The notes under the pieces: generated by a model
Databases searched by the model: none
Seen by the model: only the letters and a program-made list of their open reading frames with translations
Told to the model about the DNA's origin: nothing
Shown here: positions 13,611-25,678 of the stretch, in pieces
Position numbering within the stretch: position 1 is the first letter of the stretch
How the letters are laid out: each line of letters opens with the position of its first letter
Source of the DNA: Lytechinus pictus
Lineage: Eukaryota
Assembly: GCF_037042905.1 (NCBI RefSeq)
Contig: NC_087251.1
Span: 2,668,001 to 2,728,000, forward strand
DNA: 60,000 nt
Direction: 5' to 3'
Translations under genes and position numbers: made by a program

Positions 13611-14366
13611 AAATATACATACACATACACATTAACGTTGTAAGCTCCTGAATGCGGAGGACCGTCGCCAAAATTCATTGGCAATCAAAGCATTATCATC
13701 AGCATTATTTTGTTACATTACTGAAGCCAATACGTGAAACTTTCAGATAATTTTTTTGTGGATGAGGCTTATTGGTCGGCATTTATTGGTCACGTGCAAC
13801 TACTGAACAGAATAGGATCAATGTGCACACCTATAATTATGAGTCCCTTGTGTTCCGGGCTTGTGTTGTCGCGTGCCTCATATCTTATCATACTTTATAA
13901 GCCTACGTGATGTGATCATAAGAGATAACAAAAATCACGACATATGGCTGCCTCTGTTTTTCATATTGCAAATTATTACTACTTTGAAATGTTATCAAGT
14001 CAGTCTCTTGTGATAAACGCAGTTTGCACGGAAAGGAAAATGAGCGGACCCCCCCCCCGAAAGTAAATCAAAACACAAAACAAAAACAAACATACATAAT
14101 ATATACGCTTCCACAAAATTATCATGCACACGAAACCAAACCAAAATAACCGTACAAGGTATATCAAAACTCTATACCAAAATGGAAAACCAAATCGTAC
14201 TGAGTTTGGAGACTGATGGTAAATTTTTGCCATGAGATTCAAGTTTCGAAAATAATTATATCGATAATGAAAAATAAAGAGCATAATTATTAATTCAGTA
14301 TGCAAATGCCAGAGATGTCTACCAAGGATAGGCTTATTCTGTTTGACTTGAGATCATCCTCGCTTA

Positions 14367-14536
14367 TACCTTGGTCACATTTGCTCTACGGCGGCCGACG
14401 GCGAGTCGAAAACAGCCGTTTTAATAATTTTAATTCAAAACACCTATATGTCTTGTATGTAGCTGGTACAAAAAATGTTAAAACGGCTGTTTTCGACTCG
14501 CCGTACGGCCGCCGTAGAGCAAATGTGACCAAGGTA
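14367..14536. mobile_element. Small hairpin MITE, PIF/Harbinger(Tourist)-like
   Basis: Near-perfect long TIR TACCTTGGTCACATTTGCTCTACGGCGGCCG with TTA duplicated on both flanks. Confidence 0.85.
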
Positions 14537-17500
14537 TTACTCTTCAACTTAGTGCCAGGGAGTAACCAAGGCTGACGGATGCATTTTTATTTGATCCAAT
14601 CAGCTCGTAACAAAAGACCAAGAAGCTAAAAGCGCGCCAAATTTATACAAGCGCGGGAGAAAGTGACAAAGGACGGGAAGGGTGATTCGAGTTATGATTT
14701 TGGAGTGAAAGTCAGCGATAGATAATGCAAGAGGTCTATTTAGCTGTTAAGCGAATACTTGGTCCTTTGATTTCATTTTAGTGCTAGATCACAATATTAC
14801 CAAAATGCACATAAAATATCCAAATTGAACTTGAAATCACCAAATCATAACAATCGCGATATTCGCCTTACGCCCCTTTTGGGGAATTGAATCGATATAA
14901 AAGCGTGTTCTTTGCTCTATCAGGGGCATAAAAAGCTAATATTCTTTTGAGGGGCATTTCAGTCAAATACTCTCCATCTCTTTCACAAATATTTTCGCAA
15001 TGTTCCAATTCAAGAAATATTTAGGTTACAGACATTTCATTCAATCGTTCTTTTTAATCGGTATAATCATTATAATATTATAAATATAAAAAACGGCATC
15101 GAATTTCACCATAATAATAAGCAGAATAAACATTACATCTGCTTGCATTGTTCATATTCCTCTTCATTAGATCCTGGCCTGTGTGTTTTATACACAAGAA
15201 ATGAATTGCAATTGTAAACGAACCAAATAATCTTCTTTTGAGAGCAGTATCATCTAAATGGTGCACTGAGATCATGCTGAACAGACAATAACAATGTTTA
15301 AAATATCTGGTAGACACTGGTACTTCGAGGTGCATCGTCATTTTTTTTCAATTAAAAACTACATGTATATTATGACAATTTCCAGAAGATTCACCATCAA
15401 AACAAAGAAACGTGCTTGTGAAAAGCACTTAGGTAATTTAATATTTCAAAATATACCCCGTACTCTTTTCACATCATTGCCCCTCAGAAGAATTCATGAA
15501 GACATGTTATTGTGTAGTCTTTGTTTATTCCTCCTGGCTCATTATTTCATAACTTACTTTCATATTTTGTTATCATGAATGTTTATATCAAAACAATCTG
15601 TACAATTCACTCATCATTCAATCTATTTGAAATACCTAGCCATTCATTTTATAAAAAGCTGACTTTGATTTTTTTGGGTGATATTTTGTAAAATATTTAT
15701 TTTTTCATCCATTTTACATTTTAATTCTTCAAATTTTAACGGGGGGGGGGGGGGTACAAAACAATGTAAATATTTTTGGATCTCTTATGATACTATCTTG
15801 ATAACTTTCATTACATATTTTTATAGAGTATATTGGTTTGCAAAAATGAGGGGAAAACAATTAAAAATATGGATGTCCTATTATCATCATTACTATTATT
15901 ATTATTACTATTAAGTATTATTATTATTATTATTATGTGTTGTTGAACAACCTGAAGTAAAATGAAAGACTATTCTGAAATAATCGTGGAAAGATTAAAA
16001 CTTAACTTTCAGTTAAATAAATATCAAGCTCTGTAAGCTCCCCATGTTTAAAATGCGTTGATATTCACTGTATATACTCCATGCAGTCAGTTTGAATCCA
16101 CAGCCCATAATAAATAGGATTTTTCATCCTAAAGCAACGATATGAAAATGAGAAAAACAACAACACATGTTTACAAAAGGTTTCTGGAATTGTTTTATTC
16201 ATTTTGATAAATATAGGATTACAAAGATATTATGACACGATTGATATAAAAAATTATCCAGTTTTTATAACAAAGAATAAATAGACTGGATGTCATGATA
16301 TTACTAATTAATTACACAGTAAAAAACAGCAAAATGTTTAAGTCTGTCACTCTAACAACAAGTTGTTTAAACTTTTTGCAATTGTTTAAACTTTTTAAAC
16401 TTGTTTAAAAAGTTTAAACAGTTGTTTAAAAAAGTTTAAACAGTAGTTGTTAGAGTGACAGGCTCAAGCAACATGCTTAAAATTTTAAACAGCGTTTAAT
16501 ACAATGATGCATCATTATACAAAGATAATTTATTCAGATTTATTCATAAATTAAGACATTCCATTTAATCCGTCAAATGACAGTCAGGCCATTAATCACT
16601 GACCACCGGATCCTATAAGACTTTTAATTTCAAAGACCTTAATAATGTGATAAACATAATTTTGGGGTCAACTTTCTGAAGTTGATTTTTTTTTTGCATA
16701 TTCTAAAAGCCTGTCATGAACTCTATTGAGTTACCTAATTCAAGATAAAAATTCATATTTTTTAAAAGAGTATATAATTATAGTGTAGAAACGATCCCTT
16801 TCTTTGATTTTACAAAGCGTTCTAAACTATCGTTTCTACACTATAATAGCAGTCTCCTGAATGGCGCGTATGGGTCCAGGACCTGACTTAGATGTTGCAC
16901 ATAATTCGTCAGTGCTTTGACAAACTGGCATAAACTGTGGTTTAGGCTGCTAAAAACTATGTGCATGATACGTGTGGTTTTACAAAGTGATCTTGTGTTT
17001 CGTAAAAATAAAATTTCTGGAAAAAGCTTCAGGACATTACAGATATTTCCTTTTATAGGATTACATGTATTTTAAAGTGCAATTTTTTTCTAATATTCAG
17101 TGCTACATTGATAACTGTAAACAGGTTTATATTAATATACCCTATTTTGCTGTGATCCCCCCAACTACATTAATAAACAGATAACGACTGATGGGGTGTG
17201 TAATATAAACATTCTTTGGACCGCCGGATTTATTTTCCCAAAAGCGCGTAGCACTTAGGAAAGATATGATCACGAGGGAAAATATAAATCCATCAGGTGG
17301 TCCAGAGAATGTTATTGTACACATTCCATCAGTCAATATCTGTTATATTAGATCGCCTTGAATGATGAAGATTGATCTAGATACAGATTGATCTAGGTCT
17401 ACGATGCATGCAGTAGATCTAGACTTATTCATGATATTCACAATGACTGATGGAACTGGTATAACTTTAGTCTAACATTAAGCACAGTGAATGACCCTTT

Positions 17501-19243
17501 TCTAATCAAAATCAAGTTTGTTTAGATCTAGAGTCCGTTCAGGTCCAGACTCCAGGACCCAATTAAGGCAGACTGAGAATGCATGTTGATCCATGATGAG
17601 GTGCACATTCTGATCTATCTTGGAAATGAGATAAAACATGACGAGGTTGAGATCTAGATTGGATCTATGTCAGACTACGTCGCAGCTGTAATGTTGGTGG
17701 TGTTCCTGATCTTTCTGTTGTCGAACCAGGTCCAGTACCGAATCTAACATTTCGTTAGCACTAGATCTAGTGACTAGATAGAGATTCTAACGTTAGCAAG
17801 ATTAGATTTCTCTAATGACTTAGACTCTAGTCTAGATCTAGATCTAACACGTAAAAAATTGAGACCTAACTTAAAGATCTAGGCCAAGGCCTAAATCCAG
17901 ATCTACTTACCCAACTTTTTCGTCTAAAAGCTGATCGCATTCCCAATTGGTCATCAACATCACAAATGTTTGACGTTAGACCAAAACTAAATAAAACGTA
18001 CATTAGATCTATCTGTTAAGCTTCAGTCTCTATCCGCTGAACTACGTTGGCTCCACTCAACAATACATATCCAGAAATTCTTAAATAAATCCCCCAGAAA
18101 CAATGGTTATTCCTGTCTACACAAATCTAGGCTCCATTTTAGTAACTGAAGTAAGCCTAAAGTTAGATCTAAAGTTAGATCTAACATTAAACCTAACTCG
18201 TAGTACGTTGGACTCACTCAAATTCCGCTATCCAGTCTGAAAATTGATTCCAATTGATAACAAGTGTTCATCGATTGCAAACGATCGCTACTTTAGTCCC
18301 ATATATGTTATTTCCGTGTAATTGGTTACATCTAGTACATGAGAGGTCGCCATACATGTAGAAAAATATATTCATGGACTGGCTGATCAATATATTAATC
18401 GAAGGTGCACCGGCTGGGAAAATACCATAGAGATGTATACTAATTACGCTAGTATATATCTCTATGGAAAATACAAAGATTTTGATCATATCACGTGAGG
18501 CGCTATGGATCAATTGTGCTTGGCTATCTGTCTTGGCTATCTAATATTGCACAATATTAACATTTCAAAGAATCTTCTGAAAGAAATGATAAACTTTATT
18601 GATACATTATTATACTGAAAAGAAGCAAATTTTCAGGACTTTTCTCTCAATGGGGTAGAAGTTTGAATAACCTTATAGTGTCCAAAGGTACCTGGATCAT
18701 ACCATGAACATACTAGCATCATGAATATGATAACCATATGAAATATGACAGATGCAATTCACCTCTTACAAATATAATTAGATTTACATTAATTGTTATA
18801 CGTGGGAAAGTCAGAGTACCATCAGGCATTGTCCTTGTCTAATTCCATATGAAGAATGAAAATGAATGCAATAATAAATCTATGGATCTGTAAATAAGAA
18901 AGGGACTAAAAAAAGGAATAACTCTTTTGAAGAATGTTTTGTCATGTAGTAAAAACTATGCTGTGATAGTGGTATAAATCTGGGAAAGCATAATAACCCC
19001 ATGAATGGTCAGCCGCTTCTACAATTGCGACATCTCCATTTTGTAAACGAATCACAAGATTCTAAATCTGCATTGAGTTAGAGAAAACAGTCTAATAAAA
19101 ATTGATTGCAGAGGTGGTGATGATAGTAAATGACACATCTATCAATGATGATGATAAACCCTGAATGACCTATTCGGGGTTTATCATCAAAACTTTCTTG
19201 ATTTAAAGATGGCAGATGGATCCATGGTTTAAAAACTTTAATG

Positions 19244-19910
19244 AAAACTTGGTTTGAGCTGAGATTGAAGATGGGAATGATGAAGAAAATGAAGCCAATC
19301 TTAGTTGGATCTAACTTTGTTTGAGCTGAAATTGAAGATAAGAAAGATGAAGAAAATGAAGCCAATCTTAGTTGGATCTAACTTTGTTTGAGCTGAGATT
19401 GAAGATGGGAATGATGAAGAAAATGAAGCCAATCTTAGTTGGATCTAACTTTGTTTGAGCTGAAATTGAAGATAAGAAAGATGAAGAAAATGAAGCCAAT
19501 CTTAGTTGGATCTAACTTTGTTTGAGCTGAGATTGAAGATGGGAAAGATGAAGATATGAAGCCAATCTTAGTTGGATCTAACTTTGTTTGAGCTGAAATT
19601 GAAGATAAGAAAGATGAAGAAAATGAAGCCAATCTTAGCTGGATCTAACTTTGTTTGAGCTGAGATTGAAGATGGGAAAGATGAAGAAAATGAAGCCAAT
19701 CTTAGCTGGATCTAACTTGGTTTGAGTTGGGATTGAAGATGGGATAGATGAAGATATGAAACCAATCTTAGCTGGATCTAACTTGGTTTGAGCTGGGATT
19801 GAAGATGGGATAGATGAAGATATGAAGCCAAACTTAGCTGGATCTAACTTTGTTTGAGCTGGGATTGAAGATGGGATAGATGAAGATATGAAACCAATCT
19901 TAGCTGGATC
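19244..19910. repeat. Minisatellite, about 10 units of 66-67 bp
   Basis: Unit TTGTTTGAGCTGAGATTGAAGATGGGAATGATGAAGAAAATGAAGCCAATCTTAGTTGGATCTAACT. GATCTAACT at 19308, 19375 and onward. Alternating variants on the left, 66-bp variants on the right. Confidence 0.95.
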
Positions 19911-19963
19911 TTTTCATTGTTGCTGTTGCCCTCTCCTTTATCAAACAAGCGATCTTCAAATTC
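19844..19963 (-). CDS. THADA: Probable terminal coding exon of THADA (thyroid adenoma-associated / tRNA methyltransferase regulator)
   Basis: Strong acceptor TTTTTGTTTTTTGTCTTTGCAG ending at 19964, then EFEDRLFDKGEGNSNNEKIQLRLVSYLHLSHLQSQLKQS*. This resembles the human THADA C-terminal motif EEDYLFEKAEVNFWAETL..KYL as recalled. Position and strand relative to ZFP36L match the vertebrate THADA-ZFP36L2 arrangement. Candidate poly(A) signal at 18595-18600. Confidence 0.62.
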   Translation of the reverse strand, partial: EFEDRLFDKGEGNSNNEKIQLRLVSYLHLSHLQSQLKQS

Positions 19964-21178
19964 CTGCAAAGACAAAAAACAAAAATAAATATTAAAAATA
20001 TAAAAGCATGCAACAATTAATAATTCTACACAAATAAGAGAAAACACCCCTCCATGACCCCTCTCCCCAGGCCACCATAGCATGAGCAGTATGAATGCAG
20101 AGGCCTTAAGTGGAAGTGCATTGCCATTACATGTATACAATATGAACATTTCAAAATGCTCTACCATCGCAAAGTCAGCATAAATGAGCCCTTAGTTACT
20201 CAGTTCATTGAGAGTTGAGCAGACATCACTTGACATTTTAAACATACATATTAAAAACAGGATATTCCCATACTACTTCAGACCATTGCATCTCACTATG
20301 TTCTGATGTATCTCATCATAAAGGTGACATCCTTTCATGGGCACATAAACTTGTATAGGAATTTGAATGCAAAAAAATGTGCAGGAATCATTGGCAGGCC
20401 TATATCTAATGGTCATGGCCATATTGCACTATGGCAAGAACCAACTAAGAAACCCCTCTCACATGACACACCTTATAATGAAGTATAAGAGATAGTGAGG
20501 GGGCTGTATCATCGGTTTTATTATTTCTTGTGAAAATATCAAGTACAACTTTAAAATGTAAGAAAAAAAAAATTACATATGAATTTTGTGAAGTTTTGAT
20601 GGAATTCATTTATTTGAATTTATTCACATGAACCCACTGTTGGGTTGTATTTGGCATTTAAACCAGATTATCTGTCACCATATCAGAGGCAAGAATCAAG
20701 ACTAGATCCTGCCCATCAGTTATACCCCTCACTATAAATAGTATTAACTTAAATAACCAGTTAAATGTCAGCCTGGAATTAAAGCTAGGCATATTTTGTC
20801 CTTTTGGAAATTTTGTACTGTGTGTTTGTATCTCATCTACCAGAAAATGAAGGTCAACATTGTACTTTTCGCTGATATGCCAACAAAATAAGTGGCACTC
20901 GGCTGGTGGTTTCGCCTGCATTATGCATAAGAAAAGCGGTCTTCATTGGACTTCCAAACAAATCATTTCAAAATGACCCCTTACATTTTGTATTTTCCTT
21001 TAAAAACACTCAACTGAAATTTCATTTTATCCAAAATATTTATAAATCAAAGTTTGTATCGATTCTATAGTTCACATGAGTATAAAATATCTTGGGATAC
21101 ATTATGACCTCTGTGACATTTGACCTTAATACCCAATAACTCGTCAGATCATCATCACCCCTATAGTATGGACCAAAT

Positions 21179-21782
21179 TTAAAGGACAAGTCCACCCCAA
21201 CAAAAAGTTGATTTGAATAAAAAGAGAAAAATCCAACGAGCATAACACTGAAAATTTCATCAAAATCGGATGTAAAATAAGAAAGTTATGATATTTTAAA
21301 GTTTTTCTTAGTTTCACATGATAGTTATAATGCACATCCCGGTCGGTATGCAAATGAGGGAACTGATGACATCACTCACTCACTTTTTCTTTTGTATTTT
21401 ATTATAAGAAATATTCTAATTTTCTCCTCATTGTCCTGTGAAACAAAGTTTGATTCCTCACTGAACATGTAGAATTACCATTGTTTAACATTATATATAT
21501 GGTTCAGTCAAGTTGGTCCTTAATGTCAAATCTGTAAAAAAATTGAAATATTGTATAATTCAAACAATAAAAAACAAAAGAAAAAGTGAGTGAGGGACAT
21601 CATCGATTCTCTCATTTGCATGTGACTAAATTGTGCATATAACTATTTTATGAAAAATAAGCGAAATTTTACAATGTCATATATTTTACATCCGATTTTG
21701 ATGAAATTTTCAGCATTATGCTTGTCTAATTTCCCTCTTTTGATTCAAATCAACATTTTTATGAGGTGGACTTGACCTTTAA
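21179..21782. mobile_element. Kolobok-like MITE family A
   Basis: Same TIR and body as the 12996 copy, TTAA flanks. Confidence 0.85.
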
Positions 21783-21897
21783 AGTTGAGCTGTGGAGTGG
21801 TTCTTTAGTTGTGAAAACGAGACAGATTGATGGGCGAAAGACCTGAAAAGATAATGCCTCTGGCACTGCCAGTGGTGGACATTTGCATTAATTACAC

Positions 21898-22488
21898 TTA
21901 AAGGAGAATGAAACTCTTGGAGCAAGTTAGCTTTTGTGAAAGCAGAAAAATCAAAGAATAAGATCAACAAAACTTTGAGTAAAATAGGACTAGCAATAAA
22001 AGAGTTATGAGCATTTGAATGTCGAGATCACTAATGCTATGGAGATCCTCCCATTGGCAATGCGACCAAGATCTGTGATGTCACACACGTACAACTCTCC
22101 CATTTGGACACTGAAAATATACCCCAAAACATCTCTTTTTGCTCATTCTAATCATATGACAAACGATTCATCAATGATATAATGTTGTGAAACCTCTGTA
22201 CTTGTCATCTCATAAAGAGAACACCTCACCTTGTGATAGACTCTATAAAAGTGAGAATATAAGTTAAATAAGTACTAAAGTAATGAGGGAGTTGTACATG
22301 TGTGATATCACAGATCTTGGTCGCATTGCCGATGGGAGGATCTACATGGCACTAGTGATCTCAATATTCAAATGCTCATAACTTTCTTATTATTCATTCA
22401 ATCTTCCTCAAACTTTCAACAATATGTTTCTTTGATTTTTCTCTTTGATATGGATTCAGCTGGTTTCAAGGGTTTCATTCTCCTTTAA
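21898..22488. mobile_element. Kolobok-like MITE family B
   Basis: TTAA|AGGAGAATGAAAC...GTTTCATTCTCCT|TTAA, with internal inverted arms (GGCAATGCGACCAAGATCTGTGAT / ATCACAGATCTTGGTCGCATTGCC). Confidence 0.85.
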
Positions 22489-24499
22489 TCACTATGATAT
22501 GTGTAAAATTTTAAATGTATAACAATATCATTATTAACAATCAAGTCACACATGGTCAAATGATAAATTAGTGCATAGTTTAATTGATTTTCTTCCCATA
22601 AAATTCATCCAGGAAACAGGCAGAATTAGCAAGAAAACATTAAATTGTTTCCCCTGAGAGCGATAAATGACTGTAAAAAATATGAAAATAGATTTTAAGT
22701 ATAGAGTTCAATAATGATAACAGCCAACCAGCTGATCATTCCTCCAAGTTCAGCTCCAAATCAGACCTATAAGAAACTAAAATAGACCCAAAGGACTTCT
22801 GGGAGTGAATTTCCCAGGATACGAAAATCTGGATAAAAAAAAAACCTGAAATCTATCCTTGGCCATGAATCAACCCAGTTGGTAAACCCATTTACATGTC
22901 TAAACAATTGTAAAGTCAAAGCTAGGTTGAAAACAATACATTATCTTATACTACCACCTGATGAAACGTCATATGCTGCCAAAAACACATCAATTCTCTT
23001 TTTGTTTTCTCTTTCAGAGAAGGCATACTAAACCTGTATTTAGAATTCTTCTTCAATTCTGTATTGAAAGTCTAACCACCTGTGCTTTGAGAGGACAATA
23101 TTCACAAGGGAATAATTCCTAAGAGTTTTACATGCTTATTAGTTTAATCGTTTTTTTTTTCTTTGAATGTAGGAATGCCTGTAAGAAATCAGAAGATAGA
23201 CAATCCATAATACCATTCACACGGATGCTGGTGATGAGGACTAATGCTTTACCAATGGTTAGTCTAAATAAAAAGAGCAATATTTCAATTCATATGTAGT
23301 AACATGCAGACATTGTATGATTTAATATGCATCATAGGGTGTGTTTATCTTCCTAGACAGAATCAGCGTTTTCAAACGTCGTTTCAAAACACCGATCGCA
23401 AACGTGGTTCTGGAGGTGCTGTTTATGCTTTATTTTTCAGAGGCAAAATCACGATCTGCAGCTGGCTTTGCATCATAATTTTCATTGAGCAGGAAAGCGA
23501 GGTCAAATGGTGCACCCTTTTTCGAAAGGTTTTTTCCGAGTGTTGTTATGGTCGACTTTCGAACAATTTTCAATCTTTAAGTAATTGCATGAAGCTACTT
23601 AACATAGCTATAGAATTTTCACCATGGTGAGGATAATAGTAAGATAAAATAAAGAATATTAAAGTATACATAAGAAAATAATAAGACATCTATTTGTTTA
23701 TGCTACTTGGGCTTTTGGCTCAGTGATGTCTCCTCATCATAACTCATGTTCCGTTTTTTGTGTAAATCTAAATTAGAGGAATAGTAATAGTGATAGTATT
23801 TAACTTAATAATCATACATCAAAGAGAGATGAGAGGTAATGCAGTAGAGGTAAGTCCCTGTTATAACCATGCGACTGTATTTGCCCGCGGATTTTCATCT
23901 CACCGGAAGCATGTACCAAATGACGTCATTTAAACACGTTTACGATCGCGGTGCTGTTTATACTTCCCCAGAAAACCTGATTCTGGTCAAATGACATTTA
24001 GAAACGCACCTTTTTTGTAAGTTTACGATCGGCATTCTGAAAAGTCGTTTAAATGAAAGAAGAAGAAGATGTCCGACTGGAGAGATCGACTGGAGAGATC
24101 GAGAAAGACCAGCTAATCCCAAAGACTAAAGTCATAGATATATTTAACATTTTTATACTATGTAAATCATCATTTTTACATTAGTTGCCGTCACAATGAA
24201 CAGAATGCGGTAAGATACTGTTGAATTCGTCTGTGCTTGTTGTCAATTTCTTAGAAGAGACTTCAATTTTTATCGTATGGTCCCACGTACTGAATTCTAT
24301 GTGACTGTACAACAGTGCACAGAGCGCGGAGAACGAGTACAAGCAAACTGCACACGTACATGTACCGTATGTGCACATTGTATTTGTAGGCTATCAATGC
24401 CTAGACTCTATGCCTACACTTTAGTGTAGTCAGACGGTAGCATACATTACTTGTTAATCTGATTTACATCATTATCACTCTGAATTTAGCTACTTTATC

Positions 24500-25303
24500 A
24501 TGGCTGGCACTAAAAACTTTACCAAAATGCTTAAGGATATATTGTCAAGTGAGGAATTCCTCACTGCCATTGCAGAAGCTGTGGAGAACCAGTTGAAACC
24601 ATCTCTGGATAGACTTTGCAAATCCGAAAGCAACATGTCTGATCTTGAAGCAACTTCGAGAAGATCTGAAAAGCTTCTGCGGGATATGAAATCAGATCTC
24701 GATCGCAAATCTTCAAACCTGAACTCCATGAATGAGAAGCTTGAATCGCTGATGATGGATGTCAAGAATCTATCCGATTCCAACGCCCAAAAACTAGCTG
24801 CACTTGAGAGTCAACTAGAGCTAAAATCCAACACCATCAACCGACTGCAACATGATGTCAACGATTTGGAGCAGTATTCGCGAAGAACTTCCATTCGCAT
24901 CTTCGGTGTTAAGGAAAAGCAGAATGAAGTTACCGATGACATTGTGATTTCTATCGCTAACAAGATGGGAATTGACCTTCGCCTTGAGCAGATCGATCGT
25001 TCACATCGCGTTGGAAAGCGTCATCAAGACAAAAAGAAGAATCGTGGAATCATTGCGAAGCTCTGCTCTTATCGTGTTCGTCAAATGCTGATAAAAAGCC
25101 GAAGTCGACTCAAAGGTACAGGAATCGCAGTATATGAAGACTTGACATCAAAGAACTTTGATCTTCTACACACAACACAGACCTGTGATAAAATTCAAGC
25201 TGCATGGTCATCCGATGGCCACATATTTGCACTGACTACAAAGAGTAATGGCAGTACAGCCAAGCACTTCATACATTGTAAAGAAGATTTGCTGAAGTTA
25301 TAA
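24500..25303 (+). CDS. LINE ORF1p (coiled coil plus L1-ORF1/Transposase_22-like RRM region)
   Basis: 267 aa. N-terminal heptad coiled coil, then LEQYSRR..IRIFGV.E, IDRSHRVG, IIAKL and EDLT motifs typical of this ORF1 class. Confidence 0.88.
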   Translation: MAGTKNFTKMLKDILSSEEFLTAIAEAVENQLKPSLDRLCKSESNMSDLEATSRRSEKLLRDMKSDLDRKSSNLNSMNEKLESLMMDVKNLSDSNAQKLAALESQLELKSNTINRLQHDVNDLEQYSRRTSIRIFGVKEKQNEVTDDIVISIANKMGIDLRLEQIDRSHRVGKRHQDKKKNRGIIAKLCSYRVRQMLIKSRSRLKGTGIAVYEDLTSKNFDLLHTTQTCDKIQAAWSSDGHIFALTTKSNGSTAKHFIHCKEDLLKL

Positions 25304-25678
25304 TCTACATGTATCAGGGGTCAGTGCAATTTACAAACTGTTTTCATCTAGCAAGAAAAACTGTTCAGATGGCATATTCACCATATTGTTTCAACCAATA
25401 CTCATTTACCCTAGTGTTCATACATTTATCTTGGATTTTAAAAGTTTTTTTTTGTTTTTTTGTTTTTGTTTTTTTGGTTATTTACTACTTTGTATCTAGA
25501 GTTACATTCAAATTCCCCATTTTTTATTGTATTTTGCCGTATTTAATGCATCTTTATTATTCATTTTACTCGACAGGCAATTCAATGTACATTTCTATAC
25601 AAACTGTTATTATAGGTCACAGCTTTTTTGTGAGCCAGGCAAGGTTGAGCTTTGTACAATTACCTATACATATTCTTG

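Noticed and set aside
16313..16500. GTTTAAAC-rich palindromic patch (and a similar TACACT-start fragment at 631-872)
   Set aside because: Likely truncated MITEs; one end missing and no TSD, so not listed as features.
19244..19910. Regular repeats as a possible CRISPR array, and ORFs 19078-19365 and 19435-19632
   Set aside because: Units are contiguous with no unique spacers, no cas genes are present and the DNA is eukaryotic. The ORFs are repeat-derived frames.
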